Assembly (NCBI GenBank): GCA_044440125.1 | Contig: JBITAJ010000022.1 | Coordinates: 256,001 to 320,000 of the forward strand | From: Sedimentisphaeraceae bacterium JB056 | Lineage (GTDB): Bacteria; Planctomycetota; Phycisphaerae; Sedimentisphaerales; Sedimentisphaeraceae | DNA length: 64,000 bases | Reading direction: 5' to 3' | Part shown: piece after piece, positions 39,233 through 49,187 of the stretch | Numbering within the stretch: the stretch's first letter is position 1 | Layout of the letters: each line of letters begins with the position of its first letter | The notes under the pieces: generated by a model | Database searches by the model: none | Told to the model about the DNA's origin: nothing | What the model saw: only the letters and a program-made list of their open reading frames with translations | Position numbers and translations under genes: made by a program

Positions 39233-41200
39233 ATGTTTCGTGTAAAGGTTGGAAGATGTTTTGCAGCGGCGTTGATACTGTTGGTTTTGAGCTCTAATAA
39301 TCATGCAGCAGAAATGACACGTCTAAAATACAATAATCACGGACTCACCGTAAAACTTGGCGTAGGCTTATGGGCATGGCCGTTGCCTATGGATTACGAC
39401 AATGACGGCGATTACGACATGATAGTATCGTGTCCCGACAAACCTTACCGTGGTTTATACTTTTTTGAAAACACAAGCGGCAACGTCAAAATGCCGATAT
39501 TCGAACCCGCCAGAAGAATCGGCAACACAAAAAACAATCTGCAAATATCTTATGTTGACGGTAAAGAAAGAATAGTCTGCACAAATCAGGAACTGGTTGA
39601 TATAAGAAAATACGGAATAGACAAACGCACAACAATATACCCAAAATCAAACATACACGAAACTAAAGGACGTATCAGAGCCAATCAATGGAAATATTGC
39701 GACTACGAAGGTGATGGAGATATTGATATAATTGTAGGTGTAGGCGACTGGACAGACTATGGCTGGGACAACGCTTATGACAAAAACGGTAAATGGCTCA
39801 ATGGCCCTCTGCATGGTTATGTTTATCTGATCGAAAATATTGCAACAACCGAAAAACCGCAATACAAAGAGCCGGTTAAAATAGAAGCAGATGGGAAAGT
39901 CATAGATGTTTATGGTATGCCCTCTCCAAATCTGGCAGACTTTGATAATGACGGCGACCTCGATATAATGTGCGGCGAGTTCATAGACAAACTCACCTAT
40001 TTTGAGAATATCGGCAGCCGCAACAAACCTGTATACAAAAAAGGATATTTCCTTAAACATAATAACAAACCAATAACCGTAAACCTGTGCATGTTTACAC
40101 CCGTTGCTCTGGACTGGGACAAAGATGGTGATGTTGATATTATAGCCGGTGAAGAAGACGGCACGGTAATCTTTATTGAAAACACAGGCAAACTCAAGGA
40201 CGGCATCCCTGCATTCTTACCGCCTGTCAGTTTCCTGCAAAAGGGGGAGTATGTCAAATACGGTGCATTAGTAACACCATACAGCTTCGACTGGGATAGC
40301 GATGGCGATGAAGATTTAATCTGCGGCAACACGGCAGGCAATATCGGCTTCATAGAAAACCTCGGAGAATTTGACGGCTTGATCAGATGGGCAGAACCTG
40401 TCGATCTTGAAGCTGACGGCAAAAAGGTACGTATCATGGCGGGTTATAACGGCTCAATTCAAGGGCCATGCGAAACAAAATGGGGCTACACTGCAGTCAA
40501 CGTTGCAGACTGGGACAATGACGGTCTGCCGGATATTATTATCAACTCAATACTCGGTAAAATTCAATGGTTTAAAAATATCGGGACAAAAAAAGCACCC
40601 GTACTTTCGGCAATAAAGGACATTGAAGTACAATGGCAGCAAACACCACCTACTCCTGCATGGAACTGGAACAAGGCTAAAGACAGCGAACTTATAGTTC
40701 AATGGCGAACAACACCACTGGTTACAGACTACAATAATGACGGACTCTGCGATATGCTCCTGATAGACCATGAAGGATATCTGAGCTTCTTTGAACGATA
40801 CAACGACAACGGGCAATTAAAACTGATGCCGGGCAAACGAATTTTCGAGGGCAAGAGTCAATCAGTGTTTGATGCAAAGGGTAATCCGCAAAATGGACTG
40901 CTCCGGCTTAATAACGGAATCGCAGGCCGCAGCGGCAGACGTAAATTCTGTCTTGCAGACTGGAACAATGACGGCAAGCAGGATCTGCTCGTAAACAGCG
41001 TAAATATCAATTTCCTGCAAAACATATCAGAGAAAGGTGCTGATAATCTTTTTGCCGATCAGGGCAAAATGGTAGAAAATATACTTGCCGGACATACCAC
41101 ATGCCCTACCGTAGTTGACTGGGATAAAAACGGCTTGCCCGACTTACTTGCAGGAGCCGAAGACGGCTTTTTCTATTACCTGCCAAATCCTAATAAGTAA
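39233..41200 (+). CDS. Secreted FG-GAP/VCBS-repeat beta-propeller protein
   Basis: Signal peptide; nine DxDxDGxxD-type motifs (DYDNDGDYD, DYEGDGDID, DFDNDGDLD, DWDKDGDVD, DWDSDGDED, DWDNDGLPD, DYNNDGLCD, DWNNDGKQD, DWDKNGLPD). Confidence 0.85.
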   Translation: MFRVKVGRCFAAALILLVLSSNNHAAEMTRLKYNNHGLTVKLGVGLWAWPLPMDYDNDGDYDMIVSCPDKPYRGLYFFENTSGNVKMPIFEPARRIGNTKNNLQISYVDGKERIVCTNQELVDIRKYGIDKRTTIYPKSNIHETKGRIRANQWKYCDYEGDGDIDIIVGVGDWTDYGWDNAYDKNGKWLNGPLHGYVYLIENIATTEKPQYKEPVKIEADGKVIDVYGMPSPNLADFDNDGDLDIMCGEFIDKLTYFENIGSRNKPVYKKGYFLKHNNKPITVNLCMFTPVALDWDKDGDVDIIAGEEDGTVIFIENTGKLKDGIPAFLPPVSFLQKGEYVKYGALVTPYSFDWDSDGDEDLICGNTAGNIGFIENLGEFDGLIRWAEPVDLEADGKKVRIMAGYNGSIQGPCETKWGYTAVNVADWDNDGLPDIIINSILGKIQWFKNIGTKKAPVLSAIKDIEVQWQQTPPTPAWNWNKAKDSELIVQWRTTPLVTDYNNDGLCDMLLIDHEGYLSFFERYNDNGQLKLMPGKRIFEGKSQSVFDAKGNPQNGLLRLNNGIAGRSGRRKFCLADWNNDGKQDLLVNSVNINFLQNISEKGADNLFADQGKMVENILAGHTTCPTVVDWDKNGLPDLLAGAEDGFFYYLPNPNK

Positions 41201-41243
41201 CCAAATATTCAACGTTATTATATTTAAGTAAAAGGAAAACGAA

Positions 41244-42017
41244 ATGAGAAAAATCATCTTAGCCGCAACATTATTTTTTGCAATTTTATTTGCGGGCTGC
41301 TCAAACAAAACGGCTATCAACCCATGTGATGTTGAACTCGGCAGTCATGTCGCTGTTACGCCTTTATCAAAACCGGACGTCAACTGGTGGATGCCCAGGC
41401 ATCAGGGAGTTTTAGAAAGAATCAAAGAAGGAAATGTTAACATTCTGTTCATTGGTGATTCAATAACTCACGGCTGGGAAAAATCCGGTAAAGAAATGTG
41501 GGACAAATATTATGAACCACGCGGTACTGTTAATATGGGCTTCAGCGGCGACAGGACGGAAAATGTTTTATGGCGACTTGAGAACGGCGAGATTGACAAT
41601 ATCTCTCCTAATCTGGCTATCATAATGATAGGGACCAACAATGTTGTACCTAATACAGCAGAGGAAATTTCTGACGGTATAAAGGCAATCATATGCAAGT
41701 TCAGAACAGAGTTGCCTGAAACGAAAATACTTCTTCTTGCTATATTCCCAAGAGGTTCTTATGAACAGCGTAAGATAAAGACTGCAGATGCTACCATGAA
41801 TCCGCTATGGGAAAAGAACAACAAAGCAAGCGAACTTGCTTCAATGGTTGCAGACGATGATATGATATACTACCTTGACATTAATGATAAGTTTCTCGAT
41901 GAGAATGGAACATTGACACGCAGCATGATGCCTGACCTGCTTCATCCTAAAGAAAAAGGCTACAAAATCTGGGCAGAGGCAATGGAACCTACAATCAAAA
42001 AGCTTATGAACGAATAA
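41244..42017 (+). CDS. SGNH/GDSL acetylesterase (PAF-AH Ib-like), lipoprotein
   Basis: FAGC lipobox; FIGDSIT, GFSGDRT, IGTNN and PDLLHP blocks. Confidence 0.9.
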   Translation: MRKIILAATLFFAILFAGCSNKTAINPCDVELGSHVAVTPLSKPDVNWWMPRHQGVLERIKEGNVNILFIGDSITHGWEKSGKEMWDKYYEPRGTVNMGFSGDRTENVLWRLENGEIDNISPNLAIIMIGTNNVVPNTAEEISDGIKAIICKFRTELPETKILLLAIFPRGSYEQRKIKTADATMNPLWEKNNKASELASMVADDDMIYYLDINDKFLDENGTLTRSMMPDLLHPKEKGYKIWAEAMEPTIKKLMNE

Positions 42018-42038
42018 ATTTAAGTTGATATTAAATTG

Positions 42039-42072
42039 AAAAGGCGGGAAGAATTAATTCTTCCCGCCTTTT
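42039..42072. terminator. Bidirectional rho-independent terminator between convergent genes
   Basis: Perfect 34-bp palindrome AAAAGGCGGGAAGAATTAATTCTTCCCGCCTTTT with A and T runs at its ends. Confidence 0.85.
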
Positions 42073-42076
42073 TTCG

Positions 42077-44014
42077 TCAGCTCTTATAGATTTCTTTTAA
42101 GGTTAATGCCGCAGGTTTGGGATTACCCTCAAAATCAACAATGGAAGTATTAGCCGTACATGGAAAGCTGTCATGTCCCATCCATAAAATTATACCGCCG
42201 CAACGAGGAAAACGTTTTTTGCACGAAGCAACCGCTTTGCAAAGAATATCAGACTGCCTTTTCTGGCTCCACTTAATGTAATCTTCAAGCGTTTTAGGTT
42301 TTTCTCCCTTCTCTTTAATATACTGCTCAAGTTCAAGCCACCAGCCGGTTCTTCGCCATAAGCTATTTGTTTCACTCGGCATAACATCAAGGTTTCCCGA
42401 ATATTTCCTGATCAACTTTGCATCAGAAGAACCGGGGGCTCCTGTTTCAGAACGGAATAATGAATCATCTTTATCCCAGTAATTTTCCCAACCGCTGTCA
42501 AGGGCACCATCAACCTTCCAAGGACCGTGTACCTCCCAATGACTGGCAGTTCCAAATCTTTCTTTTTCGGCAAGAAAAGAAGGACCGGAAGGTGATGCCG
42601 GTACAAATCTTCGCTGCGGATCTTTTCCCTTAATCAGTTCATCGGCATTTCTAAACATCGGATGCTCAAGTCCTAAAGGAATACCTTCCTTCGTAGTAAG
42701 CTCATTCCCGCCGCACCATAATAAAATACTTGCATGATGATGGAGCTGCTGGATATACGTATTCGTAATCTCGGTATACTGATTAACAATCGCATCATCA
42801 TCCGGCGGATAATTTTCTATACCCGACGAAGAAAGCGGCATGTCCTGCCATACCAGAATTCCAAGTTCATCACATATATCATAGAAACATTGTTTCTCAC
42901 GAGTATATCCGCCCCAAACCCTGAGTATGTTCAAGCCAAGAGATTTATAAAGTTCAAGTCTCTTTCTATACTCACATTCATCAACATCTGCATAATTCGG
43001 TCTTATCGGTGTCCAATTCACGCCCTGCAAAAACACATCCTCGCCATTGATATTACATATCCACGGATCGGCTATTGAAGGGGCATCAAGACAGCTTCTC
43101 CACTCAACCGTTTTGAAACCAACGCTACGTATAACCGAATCAATAATATCACAGCTTTGGTTAAGCAGGTGTATTTCAAGCTTATAAAGATTACTGTCAC
43201 CTTTACCGTTAGGCTGCCACGGAAGAACATCCAAGCCTTCAATAGTGAATTCTTCGGTTCGGAACTGTTCAAGACTAACAACCTTATCAAAAACGACCAA
43301 GTCTTGATTGTAAAGCTTAAACTGCAAATCAAACTCGTCATTGCTGTCTATATCAGCGGTAACACTCAGACTGCCGCTCTTACTCTCAGCATCATAGTCT
43401 GTTTGAATAAAAACATCATTAATTGATGCCTGCGGAATCTGCTCTATAGAAATATCATCCCAAATCCCAATCTGCACAAGCCTGCTGGTCCAATCCCACG
43501 TATAATAGAAACGCGGCTTCCAGTCACGCACCTTTGAAGAACAGTAGAATTGTCCAAGCCATTTCGGCGGACACTCAAAAAGAATCTGCAAGAGATTATC
43601 ATCGGACTTCAGGAATGGAGTAATATCAACAGTATTAACAAGATGACAATTCTCAAACTCAAAGATGCTGTTACCATTAAGATATATCTGCCCCTTATGA
43701 TCAAGTCCTGATGCTTTTAGGCAATAGCCTGCTCCAGTATCAAACCACTGAGCCGGCAATTTCGTTTCATAAAGCCAATGTCGATTCTCTACCCATTCGC
43801 AACATCTTGCATTATCACCAATATTCCAATCCGGTATTATATTACAATCAAGCAACGCCTTCTGGACAGAACCGGGAACTTTTGCCGGTATAGTCTCAAT
43901 ATCAGGTTTGGCTGCGGCACCAACTTCACGACAACCGCCAAGCTGCCATTCAAAAGGTATATATCCGGTAAGAGTCCAATCTAATTGAGCTAAATCACGT
44001 TTAATCAAAGCCAT
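42077..44014 (-). CDS. GH2 beta-mannosidase-like glycoside hydrolase
   Basis: AKVPGSV, YTWDW, QIGIWDD, FLQGVNW, LRVWGG, CDELGILVWQD, WCGGNE (acid/base) and FRSETG (nucleophile) motifs; no signal peptide. Confidence 0.85.
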   Translation of the reverse strand: MALIKRDLAQLDWTLTGYIPFEWQLGGCREVGAAAKPDIETIPAKVPGSVQKALLDCNIIPDWNIGDNARCCEWVENRHWLYETKLPAQWFDTGAGYCLKASGLDHKGQIYLNGNSIFEFENCHLVNTVDITPFLKSDDNLLQILFECPPKWLGQFYCSSKVRDWKPRFYYTWDWTSRLVQIGIWDDISIEQIPQASINDVFIQTDYDAESKSGSLSVTADIDSNDEFDLQFKLYNQDLVVFDKVVSLEQFRTEEFTIEGLDVLPWQPNGKGDSNLYKLEIHLLNQSCDIIDSVIRSVGFKTVEWRSCLDAPSIADPWICNINGEDVFLQGVNWTPIRPNYADVDECEYRKRLELYKSLGLNILRVWGGYTREKQCFYDICDELGILVWQDMPLSSSGIENYPPDDDAIVNQYTEITNTYIQQLHHHASILLWCGGNELTTKEGIPLGLEHPMFRNADELIKGKDPQRRFVPASPSGPSFLAEKERFGTASHWEVHGPWKVDGALDSGWENYWDKDDSLFRSETGAPGSSDAKLIRKYSGNLDVMPSETNSLWRRTGWWLELEQYIKEKGEKPKTLEDYIKWSQKRQSDILCKAVASCKKRFPRCGGIILWMGHDSFPCTANTSIVDFEGNPKPAALTLKEIYKS

Positions 44015-44015
44015 T

Positions 44016-45389
44016 TCAAAATCCGCTTACAACAAATATCTGAGAATACTTTTCACCGTCAGAATCTGGTACTGTTTTTGTAAAAGCTATATTATCGCCA
44101 TTATTAGACCAGATAGGTATTGAAGGATTCAGACCATCCTTAGGCGTAAGCCTTACATAGCTTCCGTCTTTGAGCGAAGTAACAAATACCGAACCATCGG
44201 CAACATAAGTAATTCGCTGGCCATCAGAGCAAACACTTACCGTACTTGTTACGGGAAAATCATGATTTGTAACCTGAGTAATTTTTTTATCTGCTATGCT
44301 CGCATAATAAACTTGGTTAAGACCTTCATAATCTTTCATAAGAAAGAATATCTTATCACCATCATAAGAACTGCTCAGCCAGAAACGCGGATCGCTGCTT
44401 AGCCCGGGATATTTTCTATCTTGCGTATATGTGAGGCGAGTTATCTTAGCACCGGCAGGCGGATACGGCATATGCCCCATCGTGCCTTCAAGCGGACCAT
44501 CTCCTACCGCAGTGATATCATCAGGAATATCAACAATAAATAACTCAGGCACTTCGTTGCCGTTTTTATCTACAGTCTTGCCTTTATAAGCAACAGCCCT
44601 CTGCCATTTACCGGTTTCTGTCTTATACCCTTTCAATCCAACCAAACAATTTTCATAAGCTTTTGACACTTCATCAGAACCGGGCTTGGGATCAGCTGCG
44701 ACCTCAACAAGAAGCACAGTAAAATATTCACCGTCAAAATTCTCCTGCTCTGCATCTTTGTCAACTTTAACACTGCCAATATCAGCAGATACACCAATCG
44801 TCCGCAGATTAAGCGTTTTGCCGGTTTTTTCTTCAAGCTGTGCCATTATCATATCATTGTATGTAAAGGCAACTAACTTGCCATCATTACTCCATTCGTG
44901 GCAATGCGTACCGCCGCGAGAAGCTCCCGCCGTAAACGGATAAGTAACATCTCTTGCATCAATACGGACAAGTTTATTCAGTTCTGGCTCTTCAATACAG
45001 CCGGCACTTCTTCGCCAAAACTCATACTTCTGCTGTGGACTGCAATGACTTGGACCATGTATAAATACAACTTTGTTTTGCGTATGGCAATAACTTGGCG
45101 TGCCGCAACCGGGGCCATAAGGCTGCTGATTTTCAATTTTGTAAAGAGTTACCATCTCGCCGGTTTCGACATTCAACTTTGCGATGGTATCATTGGTTTC
45201 ATTAGGCCCATTGCAGTAAACCAGCCACTTATCATCCTGTGACCATGCATCAAATATGCCTAAGTAGTGTTTTTTCTGCTCAAAAGTTAACTGCCTTATT
45301 TTTACCGTTTCGTCTGAATTCTCCAGAGGAGAGGCACAACCGCAATAAAACATTAAACTCACCAATAGTAAGACTGTAATATACTTCAT
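44016..45389 (-). CDS. YidR/DUF3748-like beta-propeller lipoprotein
   Basis: YCGC lipobox; RQLTF, VFIHGP, DARDVTYPFTAGASRGGTHCHEWS, FTYND and ELFIVDIP motifs, as in YidR. Confidence 0.75.
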   Translation of the reverse strand: MKYITVLLLVSLMFYCGCASPLENSDETVKIRQLTFEQKKHYLGIFDAWSQDDKWLVYCNGPNETNDTIAKLNVETGEMVTLYKIENQQPYGPGCGTPSYCHTQNKVVFIHGPSHCSPQQKYEFWRRSAGCIEEPELNKLVRIDARDVTYPFTAGASRGGTHCHEWSNDGKLVAFTYNDMIMAQLEEKTGKTLNLRTIGVSADIGSVKVDKDAEQENFDGEYFTVLLVEVAADPKPGSDEVSKAYENCLVGLKGYKTETGKWQRAVAYKGKTVDKNGNEVPELFIVDIPDDITAVGDGPLEGTMGHMPYPPAGAKITRLTYTQDRKYPGLSSDPRFWLSSSYDGDKIFFLMKDYEGLNQVYYASIADKKITQVTNHDFPVTSTVSVCSDGQRITYVADGSVFVTSLKDGSYVRLTPKDGLNPSIPIWSNNGDNIAFTKTVPDSDGEKYSQIFVVSGF

Positions 45390-45531
45390 TATCCTATTCC
45401 TGCTTTAATCTTATTTAACTTACACTACAATTATTCTTTAATCTTACAAAATCACACCTTTTAAGCAAGGTTATAAAAGTCAGTTCACGCAATCAAATCC
45501 CTGTCCAAGCCACTTTAGATTAAACACATCA

Positions 45532-46974
45532 TCATTTCTTTCTTTTTGCCGGAGATATCTGTGAAAGGGGAATATGTTCAGAAAGTTTTTTCTTTATAGT
45601 CTCATATTGGGAATCAGACGCAAGATTATGCCACTCGTAAGGGTCTTTAGTGTGATTGTAAAGCTCTTCGCTTCCATCGGCATATCTTATATACCGCCAG
45701 TCTCGGCTTCGAATACTGTTAAGGTTTGGTCCGTAAGTTGTAATACTAACCCTGGCGAAATCCTTACCCGGAGCATCTATCAATTCTTCCATGCTTTGTC
45801 CATCCAAAACACCCAAATGTTTCAGGTCGCACATATCAACAAGAGTAGGATAAACGTCAATTAGATTGACAGGTTCAAAGCATACAGAACCAACTTTGAT
45901 ATCAGGCCCCTTTATAATCATAGGAACCCTTGCGGCCTCTTCCCACAAAGTATATTTAGACCAGTTCTCTTTTTCTCCTTTATGTATCCCATGATCACTC
46001 ACCAGAATAATGATAGTATTATCTTTATATTGACTATTTTCAAGATCCTTCAATACACGCCCTATACAATCATCAACAAAAGATATACAGGCCAAATAAG
46101 CCTGAACAAAACTTCTGGCTTTGCCATATTTTTTTATACTCTCATGTATTTTCCACGGCCAACTGTAAGAACCTATTTTTTTGGCAGCTTCCGGCACATC
46201 ATCAAGGTCGTTATCCAGAATCTTCGGCATTGATATTTTGTCGATCGGATACATATCAAAATATTTTTGCGGTGCATATAAAGGTACATGCGGTTTTTTG
46301 CAGCCCCATGCCATAAAGAATGGCTCAGTAAGAGAGTTACTGCACAATCGCTCAGCAACCCAGCCGGAAGTTTTCCAGTCACCGGTCTGTCTGTTTTCAA
46401 CCGGTATCGCTCCCCAGTCATTGCCCCATGTGTTTTCCGGCACAGGCATTCCGTGCAGAGGCATATCTTCATGCGGCGGCTCATAAGTATCAGCATTGGG
46501 CTGATCAATAGCCGGCCAGTACTGGTTCCAGCATTTTACATCATGGTCTGCCTCATGGAATATCTTGCCGCTGCCTGTAACAAAATAGCCATTATCCATG
46601 AAACATTTAGGCAACAGAACTTTATCATCAAGTACTGAGGATTCGGTAAGCCTGTTCCTGTTTTTGTAAATTCCAGTTTTATACGGAGCCATGCCGGAGA
46701 GTAAGGCTGTCCTTGAAGGGGCACATAAAGGCGCAGCACAATTGGCATTCATAAAAATCATGCCTTCACGAGCCAGTTTATCAAGATTAGGCGTTTTAAC
46801 ATCGGGATGTCCACCCATACATCCAACCCAGTCATTGAGATCATCAATAAACAGGAAAAGCACATTGGGCTTTTTGTTTTGAACCAATTCAATCCCATAT
46901 GCACCAAGACTTAACACCGACAACGATGCTATGCTCGACTTTATAAAGGCCCTTCTCGAACACACCTTTCGCAT
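45532..46974 (-). CDS. Sulfatase (S1, iduronate-2-sulfatase-like) with a Tat signal
   Basis: SRRAFIK; KPNVLFLFIDDLND, CAPSRTALLSG, GKIFH, KPHVP and SDHG motifs. Confidence 0.92.
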   Translation of the reverse strand: MRKVCSRRAFIKSSIASLSVLSLGAYGIELVQNKKPNVLFLFIDDLNDWVGCMGGHPDVKTPNLDKLAREGMIFMNANCAAPLCAPSRTALLSGMAPYKTGIYKNRNRLTESSVLDDKVLLPKCFMDNGYFVTGSGKIFHEADHDVKCWNQYWPAIDQPNADTYEPPHEDMPLHGMPVPENTWGNDWGAIPVENRQTGDWKTSGWVAERLCSNSLTEPFFMAWGCKKPHVPLYAPQKYFDMYPIDKISMPKILDNDLDDVPEAAKKIGSYSWPWKIHESIKKYGKARSFVQAYLACISFVDDCIGRVLKDLENSQYKDNTIIILVSDHGIHKGEKENWSKYTLWEEAARVPMIIKGPDIKVGSVCFEPVNLIDVYPTLVDMCDLKHLGVLDGQSMEELIDAPGKDFARVSITTYGPNLNSIRSRDWRYIRYADGSEELYNHTKDPYEWHNLASDSQYETIKKKLSEHIPLSQISPAKRKK

Positions 46975-47111
46975 AAGACTCCTTAATAATCTACTTTATT
47001 TTTTCACAGCCCATACCGTCAGATTGGTAACATCAAGAGGTTTTTTATTATCCAAACGTTTTGCAACAATAAACTCGCCAACAAAATCAGTAACTAAAAT
47101 TTAACACTAAA

Positions 47112-48155
47112 TTACAGGCTATCAAGAATTTCCTGCAAAGCAACTTCAGCATAGGCCATATAAGTATCAGCAGCACCATAATAGATTTTCACTTTATCAT
47201 CCTCTACCAATACGCCGCAATTGAAGATAACATTGCCAAAGAAACCATTAATCTCATAATCAGTTTCAGGCTGCATTATAGGCTCTACAGAACGGGAAAC
47301 AATCTTCCAAGGCTCATCCTTATCAAGCAAGACAGCTCCAAGACAATACCTGTCATCCTTAGTTGCTCCATGATATATTTCAACCCATCCCTTTTCTGTA
47401 AGGAATGGAACCGCACTGCATCCAACTCTTCCATCATCCCAGAAACCATCTCGTGAAGACATCAGGTAACGATGATTACCCCAACATACCAAATCTGGAG
47501 ATTCAGAAATCCATACATCCTTAAATTTATACTCCTCAGATATAGGACGATTAAGTGCATAATACTTGCCGTTTATTTTTTCAGGAAATATTGCAACGTC
47601 CTTATTATCAGGAGTGAATATGACACCATGACGCTGAAAACTTTTCCAGTCTTTCGTTGAAGCAAGACAGGTCGTTACGCCGCCGATTGTTGAACAGGCA
47701 CTGTAATTGATATAATACGTATCACCAATCAATGTAATACGAGGATCTTCAATGCCATACATTTCATAAACATTAGATGCCTGCATAGCCGGCTTTTCAT
47801 CAATATCAAAGTGAATACCATCTTTGCTGCGAGCAATACGGAAATGAGAGATTGATGTCAAGTACTGTCTGCCGGGAGTCTTTATCCTCCTTGTATCAGA
47901 GAAATCACAAGTCGGGTCATCTTTCCTGAAAGGTTTAACTACAAGCTGACCCTTTTCATGATCGAAATAAGGCACATTTATGATCGCCGGATTATCAGAA
48001 ACAGCATCTTCTGCAACTCTAAGAAGCAGCAATACTTCATCATCTACTCTAATCACACCCGCATTAAAAACACATACTACCCTGAAACCATCTCTTGAAG
48101 GCTTAACATCCTGCGGGGTTATTATAGGATTTTCAGGTGAACGAAATACATTCAT
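47112..48155 (-). CDS. GH130 beta-mannoside phosphorylase/hydrolase
   Basis: ENPIITP, VFNAG, LLLRVAE, YLTSISH, GIEDPRIT, NKDVAIFPEKI, YHGA and YYGAAD motifs. Confidence 0.9.
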   Translation of the reverse strand: MNVFRSPENPIITPQDVKPSRDGFRVVCVFNAGVIRVDDEVLLLLRVAEDAVSDNPAIINVPYFDHEKGQLVVKPFRKDDPTCDFSDTRRIKTPGRQYLTSISHFRIARSKDGIHFDIDEKPAMQASNVYEMYGIEDPRITLIGDTYYINYSACSTIGGVTTCLASTKDWKSFQRHGVIFTPDNKDVAIFPEKINGKYYALNRPISEEYKFKDVWISESPDLVCWGNHRYLMSSRDGFWDDGRVGCSAVPFLTEKGWVEIYHGATKDDRYCLGAVLLDKDEPWKIVSRSVEPIMQPETDYEINGFFGNVIFNCGVLVEDDKVKIYYGAADTYMAYAEVALQEILDSL

Positions 48156-48192
48156 TAATTTATCTCCAGTTTCTTATATTAATAATCTATTG

Positions 48193-49167
48193 TTACGCTA
48201 TACACTCTTCTTTATAAAGAGTAGATGTTAAAAAATCGTCAAGCTCTGAGGCAAACCCCCTGAGAATCTTTTTATGCTCGTCTGTTATCTCCGGCACATC
48301 TCTTCTGCAGTAATTCTCCATACTAACGCCTATCATATTAAGATACGTCTTAGCATTAGCAGGATAATTATCACATAAATCCGTTATCTTATTAAACTTT
48401 AACGCTGTTTGAGCAACCAATTCAGCAACACGAGGTTTCTTCTCAAAATTCTCAGAAAGCCAACGATACAACTCTGGGCAAAAATTCGCTGCCGTACCAC
48501 AGTAGCCATTGCATCCATATCTCAGAGACTCCAAAAACGTCGGCAAATGGGCATTAAAGTGAGCCATATTACTTGTACGTATTATACTAAGTCGTCTTTT
48601 GATAATATCTATATCACAGCATGTATCCTTAAAAAAGACATATCTTTCAGTACTAATCAACCATTTAAGAATATGATCTGAAATAAGAATCTTATATGGC
48701 ATTGGATATTCATAGATACCCAATGGTATATCATCCAACGCACCTGTTATCTCTTTAAGCTTTGCAAGAAGTTCCTCGTCAGATTGTCCTTCTCTGACAA
48801 ATTGATTGGGAGACAATACTACTGCTTCAGGACCTGTATCAGCGACTCTCTTTGCAAATTCAATCTGCGCAGGCATCTGGTCATGCAGTATTGCTCCGGA
48901 GACAACCGGAACCCGCCCGTCTACAAGCTTTATAACATTAGCAGAGATATTAACCATTTCATCAACAGTAAGTTCCAATATTTCACCAGAACCGCAACAT
49001 GCAAACAAACCAACCACTCCGGCATTCAGATAAAACTCAATAAGTTTTTCAAATGCTTCATAGTCAACAGTACCATCAGTTTTGAATGGAGTTAACATTA
49101 CAGGCCATGTTCCTGAAGGTATATTTGCTTTATTCATTTTCGGTGCCTTTATAATCATAGTTATCAA
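48193..49167 (-). CDS. Dihydrodipicolinate synthase/N-acetylneuraminate lyase family aldolase or dehydratase
   Basis: WPVMLTPF, GLFACCGSGE, GIYEYP and FFKDTC (Schiff-base Lys) motifs. Start may be ATG 49137. Confidence 0.85.
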   Translation of the reverse strand: MITMIIKAPKMNKANIPSGTWPVMLTPFKTDGTVDYEAFEKLIEFYLNAGVVGLFACCGSGEILELTVDEMVNISANVIKLVDGRVPVVSGAILHDQMPAQIEFAKRVADTGPEAVVLSPNQFVREGQSDEELLAKLKEITGALDDIPLGIYEYPMPYKILISDHILKWLISTERYVFFKDTCCDIDIIKRRLSIIRTSNMAHFNAHLPTFLESLRYGCNGYCGTAANFCPELYRWLSENFEKKPRVAELVAQTALKFNKITDLCDNYPANAKTYLNMIGVSMENYCRRDVPEITDEHKKILRGFASELDDFLTSTLYKEECIA

Positions 49168-49187
49168 AATTCAAAGATATCAGCAAC

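Noticed and set aside
42039..42072. 34-bp perfect palindrome as a recombination or mobile-element site
   Set aside because: Its position between convergent stop codons and its A/T tails are fully explained by a bidirectional terminator.
48193..49167. dapA or nanA assignment
   Set aside because: The substrate motif is CGSGE rather than GTTGE/GSTGE and the context is catabolic; only the family can be called.
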